Shown piece after piece: positions 1 to 10,965 of a stretch of 64,000 nt of DNA. This DNA is from an uncultured Chloroflexia bacterium. GTDB taxonomy: Bacteria; Chloroflexota; Limnocylindria; Limnocylindrales; CSP1-4. The notes under the pieces are model-generated. The model worked only from the letters and a program-made list of their open reading frames with translations. It ran no database searches and was not told the DNA's origin. The stretch is from positions 225,544 to 289,543 of the forward strand of contig CAVZTA010000003.1 in NCBI GenBank assembly GCA_963778025.1, in the 5' to 3' direction. The translations under genes and the position numbers were made by a program. The number at the start of each line of letters is the position of its first letter. Position 1 is the first letter of the stretch.

Positions 1-1
1 C

Positions 2-1233
2 GGCGGCGAGGTCCACATCTCCGCGCCGACCCCGCCGCCCACCCCCGAACCCACGCCCAAGCCGACCCCGAAACCGACGCCGAGGCCGACGCCCGATCCG
101 ACGCCCGATCCGACGCCGCGCCCGACACCGGACCCGACACCGCGGCCCACGCCTGCCCCGACCCCCACGGCGCAGCCCCATCCGACCGCGACGCCCGCGC
201 CCACGGCCACGCCCGGGGTCGACCCGCGTGGGATCGGGACCCCCGACCCCACGCCGAGCGCGGATCCGACGTCGACGTCGACCCCGTCGGGCGAGCCGCG
301 CACGACGGACGACCCGAGCGCTTCGGTGGATCCTGTCGCGGGCCCCGGCGACATCCGAGCCGTCATCCGACCCGACGAGCTCCGCCTCGCCGTCGGCCTC
401 CCCGGAGGCCACCGACACCGCGACCGCGATCGGCGGCACGGGCTCGAACGGCACCGGCAACGGCGGCAGCGGCAGCGGGTCCGGTCGGCTCCGGCGGGTC
501 AGGCTCGGACCCGAATGCGCCTGCGCCCGGCGATCCCGCCGCGGGTGCTCCGCTGGGCAGCCTGGCCTGGTGGACGAACGACCGGCTGATCCGGCAGCTG
601 CCGGCGGTCGTCGGGTCGACCGGTGCGGTGACCCTCACGATGGCCTTCCTGATGTTCGGCAAGCGCCGCCGCGACGAGGAGCAGCCCGCTCCGGATGGCG
701 TGCTCTCGGCCGCCGCCGGGACGGGATCCGCGGTCGCGACCGCGACGCTCGTCCCCATGGGCTACGGCGTGGGCCTGCCGGTCGACGTCGACGGGCACAT
801 GCCGCGCTGGCGTCGCCCCTCACTGCTCGAGGCGCGCAAGGCCGACCCGCTCCGCTCGGCCTCCACGAGCATGCGCCTGACCTTCGAGCGGGCCGACTCG
901 AGCTCCCTCGAAGGCCGCGAGCGCCGTCGCATCCGCTACCGCCTCGTCTCGCTGCTCGACGCGCCGGATGAGCTCCGTGGCAACGAGATCGGCTCCCTCG
1001 ACGAGGGCGACGAGGTCCTTCTCGTCGAGCGCAAGGGCGTCTACTGGCGGGTGCTGTGCCCCGACGGCCGCGAAGGCTGGCTGCACAAGATGACGCTCGG
1101 CGACGTGGTCATCGACGGCCCCTCGGACGACGGCCCGTCGACGTGGACGAGCGCCGACGGTGGCCGGAACGAGGACATCGACGACGACGTGCTCCAGGCG
1201 TTCCTGGACGCGCGCCGGCGGGGCGACGTCTAG
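2..1233 (+). CDS. 5'-truncated membrane-anchored protein: Pro/Thr-rich stalk, one TM helix, C-terminal SH3b-like domain (reading frame changes twice)
   Basis: Frame 2 from nt 2 reads [31 protein letters not shown]. The best-GC3 frame moves to frame 3 near 340-357 ([42 protein letters not shown]) and to frame 1 near 480-490 ([42 protein letters not shown]). Listed ORF 628..1233 carries [31 protein letters not shown]. Confidence 0.55.
   Translation, partial: RRGPHLRADPAAHPRTHAQADPETDAEADARSDARSDAAPDTGPDTAAHACPDPHGAAPSDRDARAHGHARGRPAWDRDPRPHAERGSDVDVDPVGRAAHDGRPERFGGSCRGPRRHPSRHPTRRAPPRRRPPRRPPTPRPRSAARARTAPATAAAAAGPVGSGGSGSDPNAPAPGDPAAGAPLGSLAWWTNDRLIRQLPAVVGSTGAVTLTMAFLMFGKRRRDEEQPAPDGVLSAAAGTGSAVATATLVPMGYGVGLPVDVDGHMPRWRRPSLLEARKADPLRSASTSMRLTFERADSSSLEGRERRRIRYRLVSLLDAPDELRGNEIGSLDEGDEVLLVERKGVYWRVLCPDGREGWLHKMTLGDVVIDGPSDDGPSTWTSADGGRNEDIDDDVLQAFLDARRRGDV
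25..215 (+). repeat. degenerate in-frame tandem repeat encoding a PTPxPTP linker
   Basis: Reiterated ccgacgcc(c/g)gatccg-type units read directly in the DNA; they translate as [39 protein letters not shown]. Confidence 0.8.
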
Positions 1234-2169
1234 CGGCTCCCCGCTCTCGTGCCGCGACGCGGGGGCTCGTGGCGCAGCACCACCAGGTGCTGGTGCGCGA
1301 TGTTCGGGACGAAGACCCGCGGATAGCCGTACGGCCGCAGGCGCGTCCCGGCCTGGTACCACACGACATCGCCCTTGGGCACCCAGCCGACGCCCGATGC
1401 GCGTGCCGCCAGGTCCGCCGCCGGTGAACACGTAGCGGCCGTCCTGGTAGGCGTCGCGGACGATGAGGACCGCATAGCGGCCGACCTTCGTGACCCGCCG
1501 GAGCTCGGCGAGGACCTCGGTCATCGCGTCGAGGAACGCGGCGTAGTCGGGCAGGTTCGCGAGATCGCGTGCGTCGTCGCTGACCATCGCGTAGTCCGTG
1601 CGGCGGTTCGCGTGCGCCTCGGCGAGGCGGCCGCCGGCCATCGTCATCGGCAGCTGGACGTTGTACGGCGGATCGGTCGCCACGAAGTCCACGGACGCGT
1701 CCGGGAGGGCGCGCAGGAGCTCGCGCGCGTCGCCGATGCGAAGCTCGGCACCGCCCGGGTCGAACGTCCGACGACCGCCCGGATCGGTGGGGCCCAGGTC
1801 GACGAGCTCGGGACCGCGGCCGTCCCGCTCGGCGCACAGCACGTCGACGACCTCGCGGTACACGGCGGCCCAGCGTGGATCCAGCTCGAGGCCGATCGCC
1901 CGTCGTGGGCCGCGGGCGATGGCCGCACCGAGCAGCGTCCCGCCGACACCCGCGAACGGGTCCAGGACGAGCTCACCGGTCCGTGAGAAGAACTCGATCA
2001 GCTTCGCCATCAGGCGCGGTGGCTTGTTCGCCCCGTGCGCCTTGCGACGGTCGTGGCCCAGCTCGGAGGGATAGGCGGTCGTCCAGACCGACTTGGTGAA
2101 GTACAGCCACTCCTCGCCCGAGAGCTCGTTGAGCTCGTTGGCGGGGTGCGGCGGCCGGCGGGTCGACAC
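1230..2169 (-). CDS. orphan DPPY-type (N6-adenine/N4-cytosine class) nucleic-acid methyltransferase, interrupted by a 1-nt frame change near 1413-1424
   Basis: Inside ORF 820..3438(-): motif I VLDPFAGVGGT, GLELD, motif IV FVATDPPY, RDAYQDGRYVFTG. The conserved C-terminus DLAARASGVGWVPKGDVVWYQAGTRLRPYGYPRVFVPNIAHQHLVVLR lies in ORF 1230..1475(-), another frame. In-frame GTG at 2169. No restriction gene nearby. Confidence 0.8.
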
Positions 2170-2307
2170 CTCCCGAGGGTACCGGTCAGGGACGGCCCGA
2201 CCGCGGTCAGTCGGACGTCGGCGCCGGCGTGGATGAGCGCCGTATCCGGTGAAGCCGAGCACCGTGGTGCGCCCACGCACGGTTCGGCGCGTTGCAACGG
2301 CGTTACG

Positions 2308-5300
2308 ATGGCCGCCATGCCGGCGAAGGTCACGAGCGCGCGCTACGTCGGGCGGGACCGGGAGTTCGGGCGGCTCGCGGCGGTCCTGGACCGTGCTGCC
2401 GCCGGCCGGGCGACGACCCTGCTCCTCACGGGCCCGGCCGGCATCGGCGTCAGCCGGTTCCTCGACGAGGCGACGACCCGGCTCACCGACACCGAGGGTG
2501 GCTTCACGGTGCTGCGCGGCCGGGCGTATGGACCGGCGGACCCGCCGTATGCCGCGGTCATCGGCGCCATCGGGCCGGCCCTCGCCGCGCTCGACGACAC
2601 GCAGCTGCTCGAGGTCCTCGGTCCGTCCACCGGTGACGCCGTCCGGCTCTTCCCGGACATCGCGCGCCGGCTCGCTGCCGCTGAGGTCACGGTCGCGCCG
2701 CCGGCGATCACCAGCCCGGAGCGCCGGCAGCCACGAGTGATCGAGGCGCTCACCGGGATCATCGATCGGCTGGCCATGACACGCCCCGTGCTCCTCGCGC
2801 TCGAGGACCTGCACGTCGCCGATGCCGCGACCAACGCGTCCGTCGCGTTCCTCTCGCGGATCGCCCGGGACGTGCGCCTTGCCCTGGTCGTCACCTACCA
2901 GGCGGACCGCATGACGCGCGACCACCCGTTCGCGGCCACGCTCGGCCGGATCTCGACCGGCGCCCGTGCGCCGATGCGGCTGGACATGCCCGGCCTCGAG
3001 CGCCGCGAGGTCGCGGCGCTGGTCGAGGGGATCGAGGGCGAGCGGCCGTCCGCGTCGATCGTCGTCCTCGTGGCCGAGCGGTCGGACGGCATCCCGTTGC
3101 TGGTCGAGGAGCTGACCGCCGCCCGTCGCGAGCTGTCGAGCGCCTCGCTCACCGGGTCGCTCGCCGAGATCGTCGCGGCGCGGCTGGCGCGCCGCACGCC
3201 GGAGTGCCGCCGCGTGCTCCGCCTGCTGTCCCTCGCGGAACGGCCGATCACGCGCCAGAACCTCGCCGAGGCGGCTGCCGCGTTCGAGGTGGGGGCGCAG
3301 CGGCCGCCGCCACGCTCCACGACCGCGCCACGGCGCGCGGAAGGCGCCCTGGACGCCGATCTCGCCGCCGGTGTCACCGAAGCGCTCGAGCAGGGGTTCC
3401 TCGTCCCCATCGGCCAGGACGGCATCGCGTTCCGCCACGAGCTCGTGGGCCGCGCGGTCGCCGCCGACCTCCTACCGCACCAGCGCCCGCGCTACCACGC
3501 CGCGCTGGCCGTCGCGTGGGCCGCGGAGCCGGTCATCGCCGCGGCGCACTGGCTCGCGGCCCTCCGGCCCGCCGACGCCCGGGCGTGTGCGCTCGAGGCG
3601 GCCGACCGCGCCGACGCCCTGGAGGCGCCCGAGGATGCACTGGCCGCCCTGGAGCTCGCCCTCGAGCTGGAAGGCGCGATGAGCGTCAACGCGCCGAGCA
3701 TGGACGCCGCGGCGCAGGCGGCGACGGACGGCTCGAACGGCGCGGGCGACGGTCCCGCGCCCGGGGCGACGCAGCCGGTCGCGACACGCATCCCGACGGG
3801 GGCGCGCGAGCCGGCGCTCCGGCCCAGCAGCGCCAGCAGCACGGCCCTGCTCGACCCGCGGGCGGCCGCCATCCGCGGCCGCTTCGATCCACGCCCGCTC
3901 GGCGAGCTCCAGGTCCGCGCCGCCGAGGCCGCGTTCGCGTCACACCGTCCGGGCCGGGCGGTGGCCTTCGCGGCGGCCGCGCTGGGCTCCTCCGAGGATC
4001 GCAGCGACCGGACGGAGATCGCCCTGCTCCACGAGCGGCTTGGCCGGTACCGGTTGGCCAGCGGCGACGTCGACGGCGCCCTGTCCAACCTGCGCAAGGC
4101 GATGGACCTCGTGCCGCGCGAGCCATCGGTCGCCCGGACCACCGTCCTCGCCTCGTTCGCGCAGCACCGCATGCTCGCCGCGCAGTTCCGGGAAGCGGAG
4201 CGCGCCGCCGTGGAGGCGATGGCCATCGGCGACACCTGCGGTCCCGAAGCCGCGCCGGGGGTCCTCCACGCGACGATCACCCTCGGCGTCGTGTACGGCT
4301 GGGGCGACGATCCGGAGCGCGGTGTGGCGCTGCTGCGCGGGGCGCGGGACCAGGCGGGCGAGCTCGGCCGCTTCGACGACCGGTTCCGGGCGACGGCGAA
4401 CCTCACGACGGTCCTGGACCTCCTCGGGCGGCGCCAGGAAGCCGTCGATCTCGCGTACCTCGCCATCGCCGAAGCGCGGGATTCGGGGCTTGCCGCGGTC
4501 TACGGCAATACGCTCGGCGGGAACGTCGCGGATTTGCTGTTCGCGCTGGGGCGCTGGGACGAGTCGCGCGAGCTGAGCCGCCGGGCACTCGACTGGAGCC
4601 CGCCCGGCGCCGCGTTCGTGAACGCCATCGTCAACCTCGTCACGGTCGAGATCGAGACATCGGGCGGCGAAGAGGCCGGCCGCCTGCTCGGCCGGATCCT
4701 CGTCGAGCTCGAGACGGGGCGCGACGTCCAGTTCGCCGTCCCGGCCTATCGCGCCACCGCGTCGCTCGCCCTGTGGAGCGGCGACGTCCCCGATGCCGTG
4801 CGGGCCATCGAGCGCGGCTGGAGCCGCGTCCGCTCGACCGACGACTGGGTGCTCATCGCGCGGATGGCCGCGTCGGCCCTCGAGGTCGACGCCGCGGTCG
4901 TCGTCGAAGCGCTGGACCGTCGCCGGATCGCCGACGTGGCCACGGCGCGCGAACGCTCCGCGCGGATCCTCGCCGAGGCCGAGAAGGCGGTCGCGCGCTC
5001 GGCGGTACCCGACTCGTTCGGCTCGCGCCAGGAGGCGGACGCGCTGCTCGCCACGGCGCGGGCGTTCCGCCGGCGGATCGACGGCCGCGACGACCCCGCG
5101 GCGTGGGACGGCGTCGCCCGGGCGTGGGGCGCGCTCGGCGACCGATACCGTGTCGCACGGGCACGCTGGCGCCAGGCCGAGGCGCTGCTCGCGACCGCGG
5201 GCGCGGGCTCTGACGGGCACGTGCGGGCCGATGCCCGGGCGGTGCGCGCGGACGCTCGGGAGCCGCTGGCCGAGGCTGTCGCGATCGGGCTGGAACTGCA

Positions 5301-5727
5301 GGCACGGCCACTGCTGCGCGAGCTTCGCGAGCTCGCACGCCGGGCGCTGATCCCGCTGCCGTCGGTCGTCGATGAGCTGATCGACGCGCCGCTGGTGCCG
5401 GTGATGGAGGTCGTGCCGGATCCCGATCCCACGCCCATCGTCCCGGCCGGCGCGATCGGCGCGGCGCTGACCCCGGAGGCGAGCGGCTCCCGCGACGCCG
5501 ACACCTTCGGGCTGTCGCACCGTGAGCGCGAGGTCCTCGCGCTGATCGCCCAGGGCCGGACCAACCGCGAGATCGGCGACCGGCTGTTCATCAGCCAGAA
5601 GACGGTCGGCGTGCATGTCGGCAACATCCTGTCCAAGCTCGGCGTATCGGGGCGCGTGGAGGCGGCGGCGGTGGCCATCCGGCTGGGCCTGACCGAGAAG
5701 CGCGAGGTCGTCGGCGCGCGTCGTTGA
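2308..5727 (+). CDS. large ATP-binding LuxR-family (LAL-type) transcriptional regulator
   Basis: ORF 2035..5727. ATG at 2308 gives [24 protein letters not shown]-loop [14 protein letters not shown], long helical repeat middle, C-terminal [48 protein letters not shown]. Confidence 0.9.
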   Translation: MAAMPAKVTSARYVGRDREFGRLAAVLDRAAAGRATTLLLTGPAGIGVSRFLDEATTRLTDTEGGFTVLRGRAYGPADPPYAAVIGAIGPALAALDDTQLLEVLGPSTGDAVRLFPDIARRLAAAEVTVAPPAITSPERRQPRVIEALTGIIDRLAMTRPVLLALEDLHVADAATNASVAFLSRIARDVRLALVVTYQADRMTRDHPFAATLGRISTGARAPMRLDMPGLERREVAALVEGIEGERPSASIVVLVAERSDGIPLLVEELTAARRELSSASLTGSLAEIVAARLARRTPECRRVLRLLSLAERPITRQNLAEAAAAFEVGAQRPPPRSTTAPRRAEGALDADLAAGVTEALEQGFLVPIGQDGIAFRHELVGRAVAADLLPHQRPRYHAALAVAWAAEPVIAAAHWLAALRPADARACALEAADRADALEAPEDALAALELALELEGAMSVNAPSMDAAAQAATDGSNGAGDGPAPGATQPVATRIPTGAREPALRPSSASSTALLDPRAAAIRGRFDPRPLGELQVRAAEAAFASHRPGRAVAFAAAALGSSEDRSDRTEIALLHERLGRYRLASGDVDGALSNLRKAMDLVPREPSVARTTVLASFAQHRMLAAQFREAERAAVEAMAIGDTCGPEAAPGVLHATITLGVVYGWGDDPERGVALLRGARDQAGELGRFDDRFRATANLTTVLDLLGRRQEAVDLAYLAIAEARDSGLAAVYGNTLGGNVADLLFALGRWDESRELSRRALDWSPPGAAFVNAIVNLVTVEIETSGGEEAGRLLGRILVELETGRDVQFAVPAYRATASLALWSGDVPDAVRAIERGWSRVRSTDDWVLIARMAASALEVDAAVVVEALDRRRIADVATARERSARILAEAEKAVARSAVPDSFGSRQEADALLATARAFRRRIDGRDDPAAWDGVARAWGALGDRYRVARARWRQAEALLATAGAGSDGHVRADARAVRADAREPLAEAVAIGLELQARPLLRELRELARRALIPLPSVVDELIDAPLVPVMEVVPDPDPTPIVPAGAIGAALTPEASGSRDADTFGLSHREREVLALIAQGRTNREIGDRLFISQKTVGVHVGNILSKLGVSGRVEAAAVAIRLGLTEKREVVGARR

Positions 5728-5824
5728 GGGTGGGCGGCGGCGTGGCAGCGCATCCGCGAGGTCGGCGCGCTAGATTCCGCGCATTCCACCGGTCATCCGA
5801 TCGACCGTGCGCCCTGAGGTTCCC

Positions 5825-6355
5825 ATGCGTCGTCGACTCGTCTCCCTGCCCGTCCTGGCCGCCATCGCCGTCCTGAGCGCCGCCTGCAGCGGCGGATCCG
5901 CCCCGGGCTGGACGCTCGGTCCGTCGCCCTCGTCGGCGCCGCCGGCTTCGGCATCGGCGTCGGCCGGCGCCTCGGGCTCGGCCGCGCCGTCGGCTGCGCC
6001 CAGTGGGACGACCGCGCCGTCCGCGTCCGTGCCGGCATCGACCGCGCCGTCGCCCGCCACGTCACCGTCGGCCGGTGGGACCGCGGTCGACATCACGGCT
6101 TCGGGCATCGCGTTCACCACGCCCACCGTCACGGCACCTGCCGGGACGCCGTTCACGATCCACTTCGACAACCAGGATGCGAACGTCCCGCACAACGTCC
6201 AGGTCAAGGACGCGAGCGGCCAGTCGGTGTTCAAGGGCGAGGTGTTCAGCGGCGTCGCGGCCAAGGACTACCAGGTGAACGCCCTGCCGGCCGGCACGTA
6301 CTCGTTCGTGTGCGACGTCCACCCGAACATGATGGGCACGCTGACCGCGAGCTGA
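5825..6355 (+). CDS. cupredoxin (plastocyanin/amicyanin-like) copper lipoprotein
   Basis: ORF 5807..6355. GAGG RBS then ATG 5825. Signal plus lipobox LSAAC, Ser/Ala/Pro linker, type-1 Cu ligands in HNVQV and FVCDVHPNMMG. Confidence 0.85.
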   Translation: MRRRLVSLPVLAAIAVLSAACSGGSAPGWTLGPSPSSAPPASASASAGASGSAAPSAAPSGTTAPSASVPASTAPSPATSPSAGGTAVDITASGIAFTTPTVTAPAGTPFTIHFDNQDANVPHNVQVKDASGQSVFKGEVFSGVAAKDYQVNALPAGTYSFVCDVHPNMMGTLTAS

Positions 6356-6380
6356 GGTTCGCGCGAGGGAGGACGTGCCG

Positions 6381-7139
6381 ATGACGCCACACGGCGACCA
6401 GGTCTGCTACCGCGACGCGTATGCGCGGGAGCTCGAGGCCCGCGTCGTCGAGGTGGCCGCGGCCGACGGCGGCCCGCCGCAGGTCGTGCTCGATGCCACG
6501 GTGTTCTACCCGGGCGGAGGCGGCCAGCCCTCGGACGTCGGCGCGCTGCTCCGGACCGCCGACGGCCGGCGCTGGACGGTCCGCGCGGCGCGGAAGCTGG
6601 GTGGCGAGATCGCGCACGAGCTGGAGGTCCCGGACGGCGAGGCGCCTCCCGAGCGTGGCGACATCGTCCGGGTCGACCTGGACTGGGCGCGGCGCTATGC
6701 GCTGATGCGGACCCACACCGCGCTGCATGCGCTGTGCGGCGTCGTGTGGCGCGACTACGGGGCGCTCGTGACCGGGGGCAACATGGAGCCCGGTGGCGGC
6801 CGCATGGACTTCGAGTTCGAGCGGATGACGGGCGACCTGGTCGACGAGATCGAGGCGCGCGTCAACACCGAGCTGGCGGCGGCACGCGAGGTGCGGGTCG
6901 ACGTCAAGCCCCGCGACGTCGCGTTCGCGATCCCCGATCTCATCAGGACGAAGATCAACCTCCTGCCCGAGGGGATCGAGGAGATCCGGACGATCGAGAT
7001 CGTGGGGCTGGACCTCCAGGCCGATGGCGGGACGCACGTGGCGAACACGCGCGAGGTCGGCGGCATCAGGGTGACCGGCTACGAATCGAAGGGCCGCATC
7101 AACAAACGGATCCGCCTCGCGCTCGTCGATCCAGCCTGA
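6381..7139 (+). CDS. alaX: AlaX-type Ser/Gly-tRNA(Ala) editing deacylase
   Basis: ORF 6375..7139. RBS GAGGGAGGA 7 nt before ATG 6381. HxxxH (HTALHAL) and GGTHV motifs of the AlaRS editing-domain family; FYPGGGGQPSD. Confidence 0.85.
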   Translation: MTPHGDQVCYRDAYARELEARVVEVAAADGGPPQVVLDATVFYPGGGGQPSDVGALLRTADGRRWTVRAARKLGGEIAHELEVPDGEAPPERGDIVRVDLDWARRYALMRTHTALHALCGVVWRDYGALVTGGNMEPGGGRMDFEFERMTGDLVDEIEARVNTELAAAREVRVDVKPRDVAFAIPDLIRTKINLLPEGIEEIRTIEIVGLDLQADGGTHVANTREVGGIRVTGYESKGRINKRIRLALVDPA

Positions 7140-7355
7140 TCGCGGCGCCGCGTCGGGCCCCATCGACCTGGTCTGACCCTCCGCTCGTCGGTCTCAACCC
7201 CAGTCGACGACCCGTTCGACCATCCTTCTGACGCCGTCACCCGTCCAGACGACGACGCGCGCGACGCCTCCTGCCCCGCCCGTTCATGGAACGTTGACCC
7301 AGCGCCGCCTCCGCGCAGTACGCTCGCGGCACCAGGCGCGCTGAGGGAGGTCCGC

Positions 7356-8054
7356 GTGTTCAGCGACGGGCTGCAGCAGGTGCTCCAGCAGTTCGACTTC
7401 GCGCTCCGGCTGCTGCTGGCCGCCATCCTCGGCGGCGCGATCGGCGTGGAGCGGGAGATCCACGATCACCCGGCGGGCATCCGCACCCACATGCTCGTGT
7501 CCCTCGGCGCCGCGATCTTCACGCTCCTGGGCATCGTCGGCTTCGAGGAGGTCCAGAGCGCCCCGGGTGTCGTGGTCCCGGTCGATCCGACCCGCATCGC
7601 GGCCCAGGTGGTGTCGGGCATCGGCTTCCTGGGCGCCGGCGCGATCATCAAGTACGGGACGACGGTCCGGGGTCTGACCACCGCCGCGTCACTGTGGGCG
7701 ACGGCGTCGATCGGGATGGCCGCCGCGGCCGGTGCCTGGCTCATCGCGTCGGTGGGGACGGTGATCATGATCGCGTCGCTGTGGCCGCTGGCCCGGATCG
7801 TGGCCCGCGTGCGGCCCGCCGACGGCCGCGCGCTCCGGCTCCAGCTCGGTCTCCACGACCTGGCCGACCTCAATCCCGTCATGGCCGAGATCCACCGACG
7901 CCGGCTGGACATCACCGCGATGGAGACGGACAAGGTCGGCAAGGGCCAGTACGAGGTGCTGCTCCAGCTCGCGTTGCCGCCCGGCGCCGTCCGGGCCGAG
8001 GTCATCCAGGCGGTCGGCAACCTCCATGGCATCGTCATCGTCCAGGCCGACTGA
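7356..8054 (+). CDS. mgtC: MgtC/SapB family membrane protein
   Basis: RBS GAGGGAGG before GTG 7356. LLLAAILGGAIGVEREIHDHPAGIRTHMLVSLGAAIF and AAQVVSGIGFLGAGAII are family hallmarks. ACT-like C-terminus. Confidence 0.85.
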   Translation: MFSDGLQQVLQQFDFALRLLLAAILGGAIGVEREIHDHPAGIRTHMLVSLGAAIFTLLGIVGFEEVQSAPGVVVPVDPTRIAAQVVSGIGFLGAGAIIKYGTTVRGLTTAASLWATASIGMAAAAGAWLIASVGTVIMIASLWPLARIVARVRPADGRALRLQLGLHDLADLNPVMAEIHRRRLDITAMETDKVGKGQYEVLLQLALPPGAVRAEVIQAVGNLHGIVIVQAD

Positions 8055-8075
8055 GTTCGCCGGGGCAGGGGCCGA

Positions 8076-9200
8076 TCAGGTCGTCCGGCGGACGCCCGCT
8101 TTCGTGACCGCCACCACCCCCAGCCCCTCGTCGAGCTCCACGAGATCCGCCCGCTGACCCGGCGCCAGGCGCCCGCGGTCCGTGACGCCGACCACCGCCA
8201 GCGGATCGCGCGAGGCCGCGGCGACGGCCCGCGGCAGCGACACGCCCAGCGCGACCAGGTTGCGGACGGCGCTGTCCAGCGCGATGACCGAGCCCGCGAG
8301 CGTCGTGGTCCCCGCGACGGTGCAGCGGTCCCACAGGATCTCGATCGGGACACCACCGACCTCGGCGCGTGTGGCGCCCGTCCCGGAGATCGACAACGCG
8401 TCGCTCACGAGGACCATCCGGCCCGCGGGCTTCGCCCGGAGGATGAGCGGCCAGACGTCGCGATGGACGTGCTGCCCATCGGCGATGAGCTCCACGGCGG
8501 CGTCGTCCGTGAGGAGCGCGGCGACCGCCAGCCCGGGCGTCCGGTGGTCGACGCCGGTCATCGCGTTGAACAGATGGGTCGTGGTGCCTGCCCCCGCCGC
8601 GTAGCCCGCCCGCGCCTCCTCGGCGGTCGCGGCGGAGTGGCCGAGCGACGGCACGACCCCGTGCTCGCGGAGCCACGCGATGAGCTCGAGCCCGCCCTCG
8701 ATCTCGGGTGCGACCGTGGTGATCCGCCAGCCGTCGAGCCAGCCCTCGATGCGGGAGCGCGGCACGTCGACCGGCGAGGCGATGTGGGCCTGGTTCTGCG
8801 CCCCCGGACGGCGGGGCGAGATGAACGGGCCCTCGAGGTTGAAGCCCAGGGGATCGGCCCCGTCGTCGGGCGCCGAAGGGGTCCAGCCGCGGACGTCCGC
8901 CACGAACCGGTCGAGCGTGTCGAGCGCCGCCGTCACCGCGGTCGGCAGGAACGAGGTGACGCCCCGTCGAAGCAGGGCGCGGGCCATGCCGTCGAGTGCG
9001 TCCGCGCCGCCCATCGCGTCGTGGCCGCCATACCCGTGGACGTGGAGGTCGACGAACCCGGGGGCGATGAACGGACCCGCCACCGCGTCTTCAGCGGACG
9101 GGTCGGGCTCCACGGCCGCGATCGTCGCGCCGTCGAGGATGAGCCGACCCGCGACGACCTCCTCGTCGAGGACGAGGCGACCGGCGAGCGACGTGGTCAC
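8076..9200 (-). CDS. nagA: N-acetylglucosamine-6-phosphate deacetylase
   Basis: ORF 8076..9314(-): FIAPGFVDLHVHGYGGHD, LGHSAATAEEA, THLFNAMTGVDHR. GTG at 9200 overlaps the upstream GntR stop (GTGA). Confidence 0.85.
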   Translation of the reverse strand: MTTSLAGRLVLDEEVVAGRLILDGATIAAVEPDPSAEDAVAGPFIAPGFVDLHVHGYGGHDAMGGADALDGMARALLRRGVTSFLPTAVTAALDTLDRFVADVRGWTPSAPDDGADPLGFNLEGPFISPRRPGAQNQAHIASPVDVPRSRIEGWLDGWRITTVAPEIEGGLELIAWLREHGVVPSLGHSAATAEEARAGYAAGAGTTTHLFNAMTGVDHRTPGLAVAALLTDDAAVELIADGQHVHRDVWPLILRAKPAGRMVLVSDALSISGTGATRAEVGGVPIEILWDRCTVAGTTTLAGSVIALDSAVRNLVALGVSLPRAVAAASRDPLAVVGVTDRGRLAPGQRADLVELDEGLGVVAVTKAGVRRTT

Positions 9201-9982
9201 CGTCCCGTCGCGGCGACGACGCCCGCCGGGCCGGTCGCGCCCGTCGCCTGCTCCTCGACCTCGAACACGACATCGAGCGCGTAGCGGGTGCCTGGATAGC
9301 GCGACTCCGTCCACTCCATCGGCCGGCCGTGCTGGTCGACGATCAGCCGCCGCTCCACGAGCAGTGGCTCGCCCCGCCGCACGCCCAGCCGGGTCGCGTC
9401 CTCGTCGGTCGCCGGCTCGGAACAGACCGTCCCATGGCCGCGCGTCGGGACGAGCGCGGCCCGCGCCAGTGCCTCGTGCATCGAGCCGCTGGCGAGGTCG
9501 GCCGACGCCAGCACGACGGCGTACGGCTCCGGCACGACCGCCGTCTCGAGCGCCACGGGCTCCCCGTCCGCCAGCCGGATCCGCCGGATGACGACGATCT
9601 CGCGCCGCTCATCGGTCAGGTGGAGCGCCGCCGCCTCCTCGTCCGTCGCGCTGCGCGCAGCGCACCCGAGCACGCACGACGATGGCACCCGTCCGCGCCG
9701 ACGCATCTCGGTCGTGAAGCTCATCAGGCTGTTGGTCCGGCGATGCGCCGGCGGCTCGGCGACGAAGCTCCCACGTCCGGGATCGCGGTGGATCAGCCCC
9801 TCGTCGGCCAGGCGCGCGAATGCATTGCGCGCCGTCATCCGCGACACACCGAACTCCGCCGACAGCGTCGCGTCGGACGGGAGACGGTCGCCCGGTCGGA
9901 GGGTCGCGACGCGCTCGCGCAGGGCGAGCTCGATGGCGCGGTAGCGCGGCCGCCGGGCGTCGTCGGCGATCGCGACGCCCAT
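9197..9982 (-). CDS. GntR/HutC-family transcriptional regulator (wHTH + UTRA)
   Basis: Within ORF 9197..10309(-), ATG at 9982: MGVAIADD..RLPSDATLSAEFGVSRMTARNAFARLADEGLIHRDPGRGSFV, then a UTRA-like effector domain. Its start overlaps the permease stop (TGATG). Confidence 0.85.
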   Translation of the reverse strand: MGVAIADDARRPRYRAIELALRERVATLRPGDRLPSDATLSAEFGVSRMTARNAFARLADEGLIHRDPGRGSFVAEPPAHRRTNSLMSFTTEMRRRGRVPSSCVLGCAARSATDEEAAALHLTDERREIVVIRRIRLADGEPVALETAVVPEPYAVVLASADLASGSMHEALARAALVPTRGHGTVCSEPATDEDATRLGVRRGEPLLVERRLIVDQHGRPMEWTESRYPGTRYALDVVFEVEEQATGATGPAGVVAATGR

Positions 9983-10965
9983 CAGGACTCGCTGGTGACG
10001 CGGGTGTAGGCGGCGGCGACCGCGAGGATGATCGAGCCGTAGATGATCTGGCGGATCGCCTCGGGCGCGTCGAGGACGGTCAGGAGCGACACGAGGACCG
10101 TCAGGATGATCGCGCCGATGATGCTCCCGGTGTAGCCGCCCCGTCCGCCGAAGATCGAGGTCCCGCCGATGACCACGGCCGCGACGGATGGCAGCAGGTA
10201 GGAGTCGGCGAGCCCCAGCGTCGAGGCGTTCGCCAGGGACGACACGAGCATCCCGGCCAGTGCCGCGAGGATGCCCGAGAGCGTGTACACCGCGAGGTGG
10301 ACCTGCCACACGCGCACGCCGGCGAGTCGCGCGGCCGTGGCGTTGTCGCCGATCGCGAACAGCAGCCGTCCGAACCCGGACCGCCGCAGCCCCAGGATGA
10401 TGACGGCTGCGAGGGGCACGATGAGGAACAGGCAGTTGGGCAGGAACCCGAACGACGTCCCGGCGCCGATGAACGCGATCGGGGCGGGCACGACCGTGGC
10501 GGTCGCCCGAAGGGCGGTCTGGTAGACCGTCAGCAGGCCGTTCACCACGAGCCCCGTGCCGAGCGTCATGACCAGCGGCTGCACCCGGAAGACGCCGACG
10601 CCGACGCCGTTGAGCGCCCCGACCAGCCCGCCCGCGACGAGCCCCAGGAGGATGGCGACGACGTCGCCCTGGTTCGCCGATTGCGTCGCCGCGAGGTAGG
10701 CGCCCATCGTCGCGACCTGTGCCACGGACAGGTCGATGCCGCCGGTCAGCATGACCAGCGTCTGGCTGGCCGCGAGGATCGCGAGCGGGGTCGCGAACTT
10801 GATGGTGTTCGCGATCCAGGTCCCGGACACGATGCCCGGCTGGACCAGCTGGAGCAGCAGGATCAGCGCTGCGAGCAGGATCAGCAGCGGGATCGTCGGC
10901 TGCTCGCGCAGGCGCCGCCGCCAGTCCCGGGCCGGTCGAGCGGCGATCGCCGCGCCGGCCGTCAC
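9982..10965 (-). CDS. sugar ABC transporter permease (CUT2/RbsC-like), second of two
   Basis: C-terminal part of ORF 9982..11913(-): polytopic, LVMLTGGIDLSVAQVATMGAY, GDNATAARLAGVRV. GTG 10965 overlaps the upstream stop (GTGA). Confidence 0.85.
   Translation of the reverse strand: MTAGAAIAARPARDWRRRLREQPTIPLLILLAALILLLQLVQPGIVSGTWIANTIKFATPLAILAASQTLVMLTGGIDLSVAQVATMGAYLAATQSANQGDVVAILLGLVAGGLVGALNGVGVGVFRVQPLVMTLGTGLVVNGLLTVYQTALRATATVVPAPIAFIGAGTSFGFLPNCLFLIVPLAAVIILGLRRSGFGRLLFAIGDNATAARLAGVRVWQVHLAVYTLSGILAALAGMLVSSLANASTLGLADSYLLPSVAAVVIGGTSIFGGRGGYTGSIIGAIILTVLVSLLTVLDAPEAIRQIIYGSIILAVAAAYTRVTSES

Noticed and set aside
820-3438. 872-aa ORF on the minus strand
   Set aside because: Only the 1230-2169 portion carries methyltransferase motifs. 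The remainder is an Arg/Gly/Asp-rich antisense shadow of the LAL regulator gene and of the SH3 gene, as is typical of stop-poor high-GC DNA.
3204-5616. Long overlapping ORFs 3204..5213(+) and 3940..5616(-)
   Set aside because: These are alternative-frame and antisense shadows of the LAL regulator. They have Arg/Pro/Gly-dominated composition, no motifs and poor GC3.
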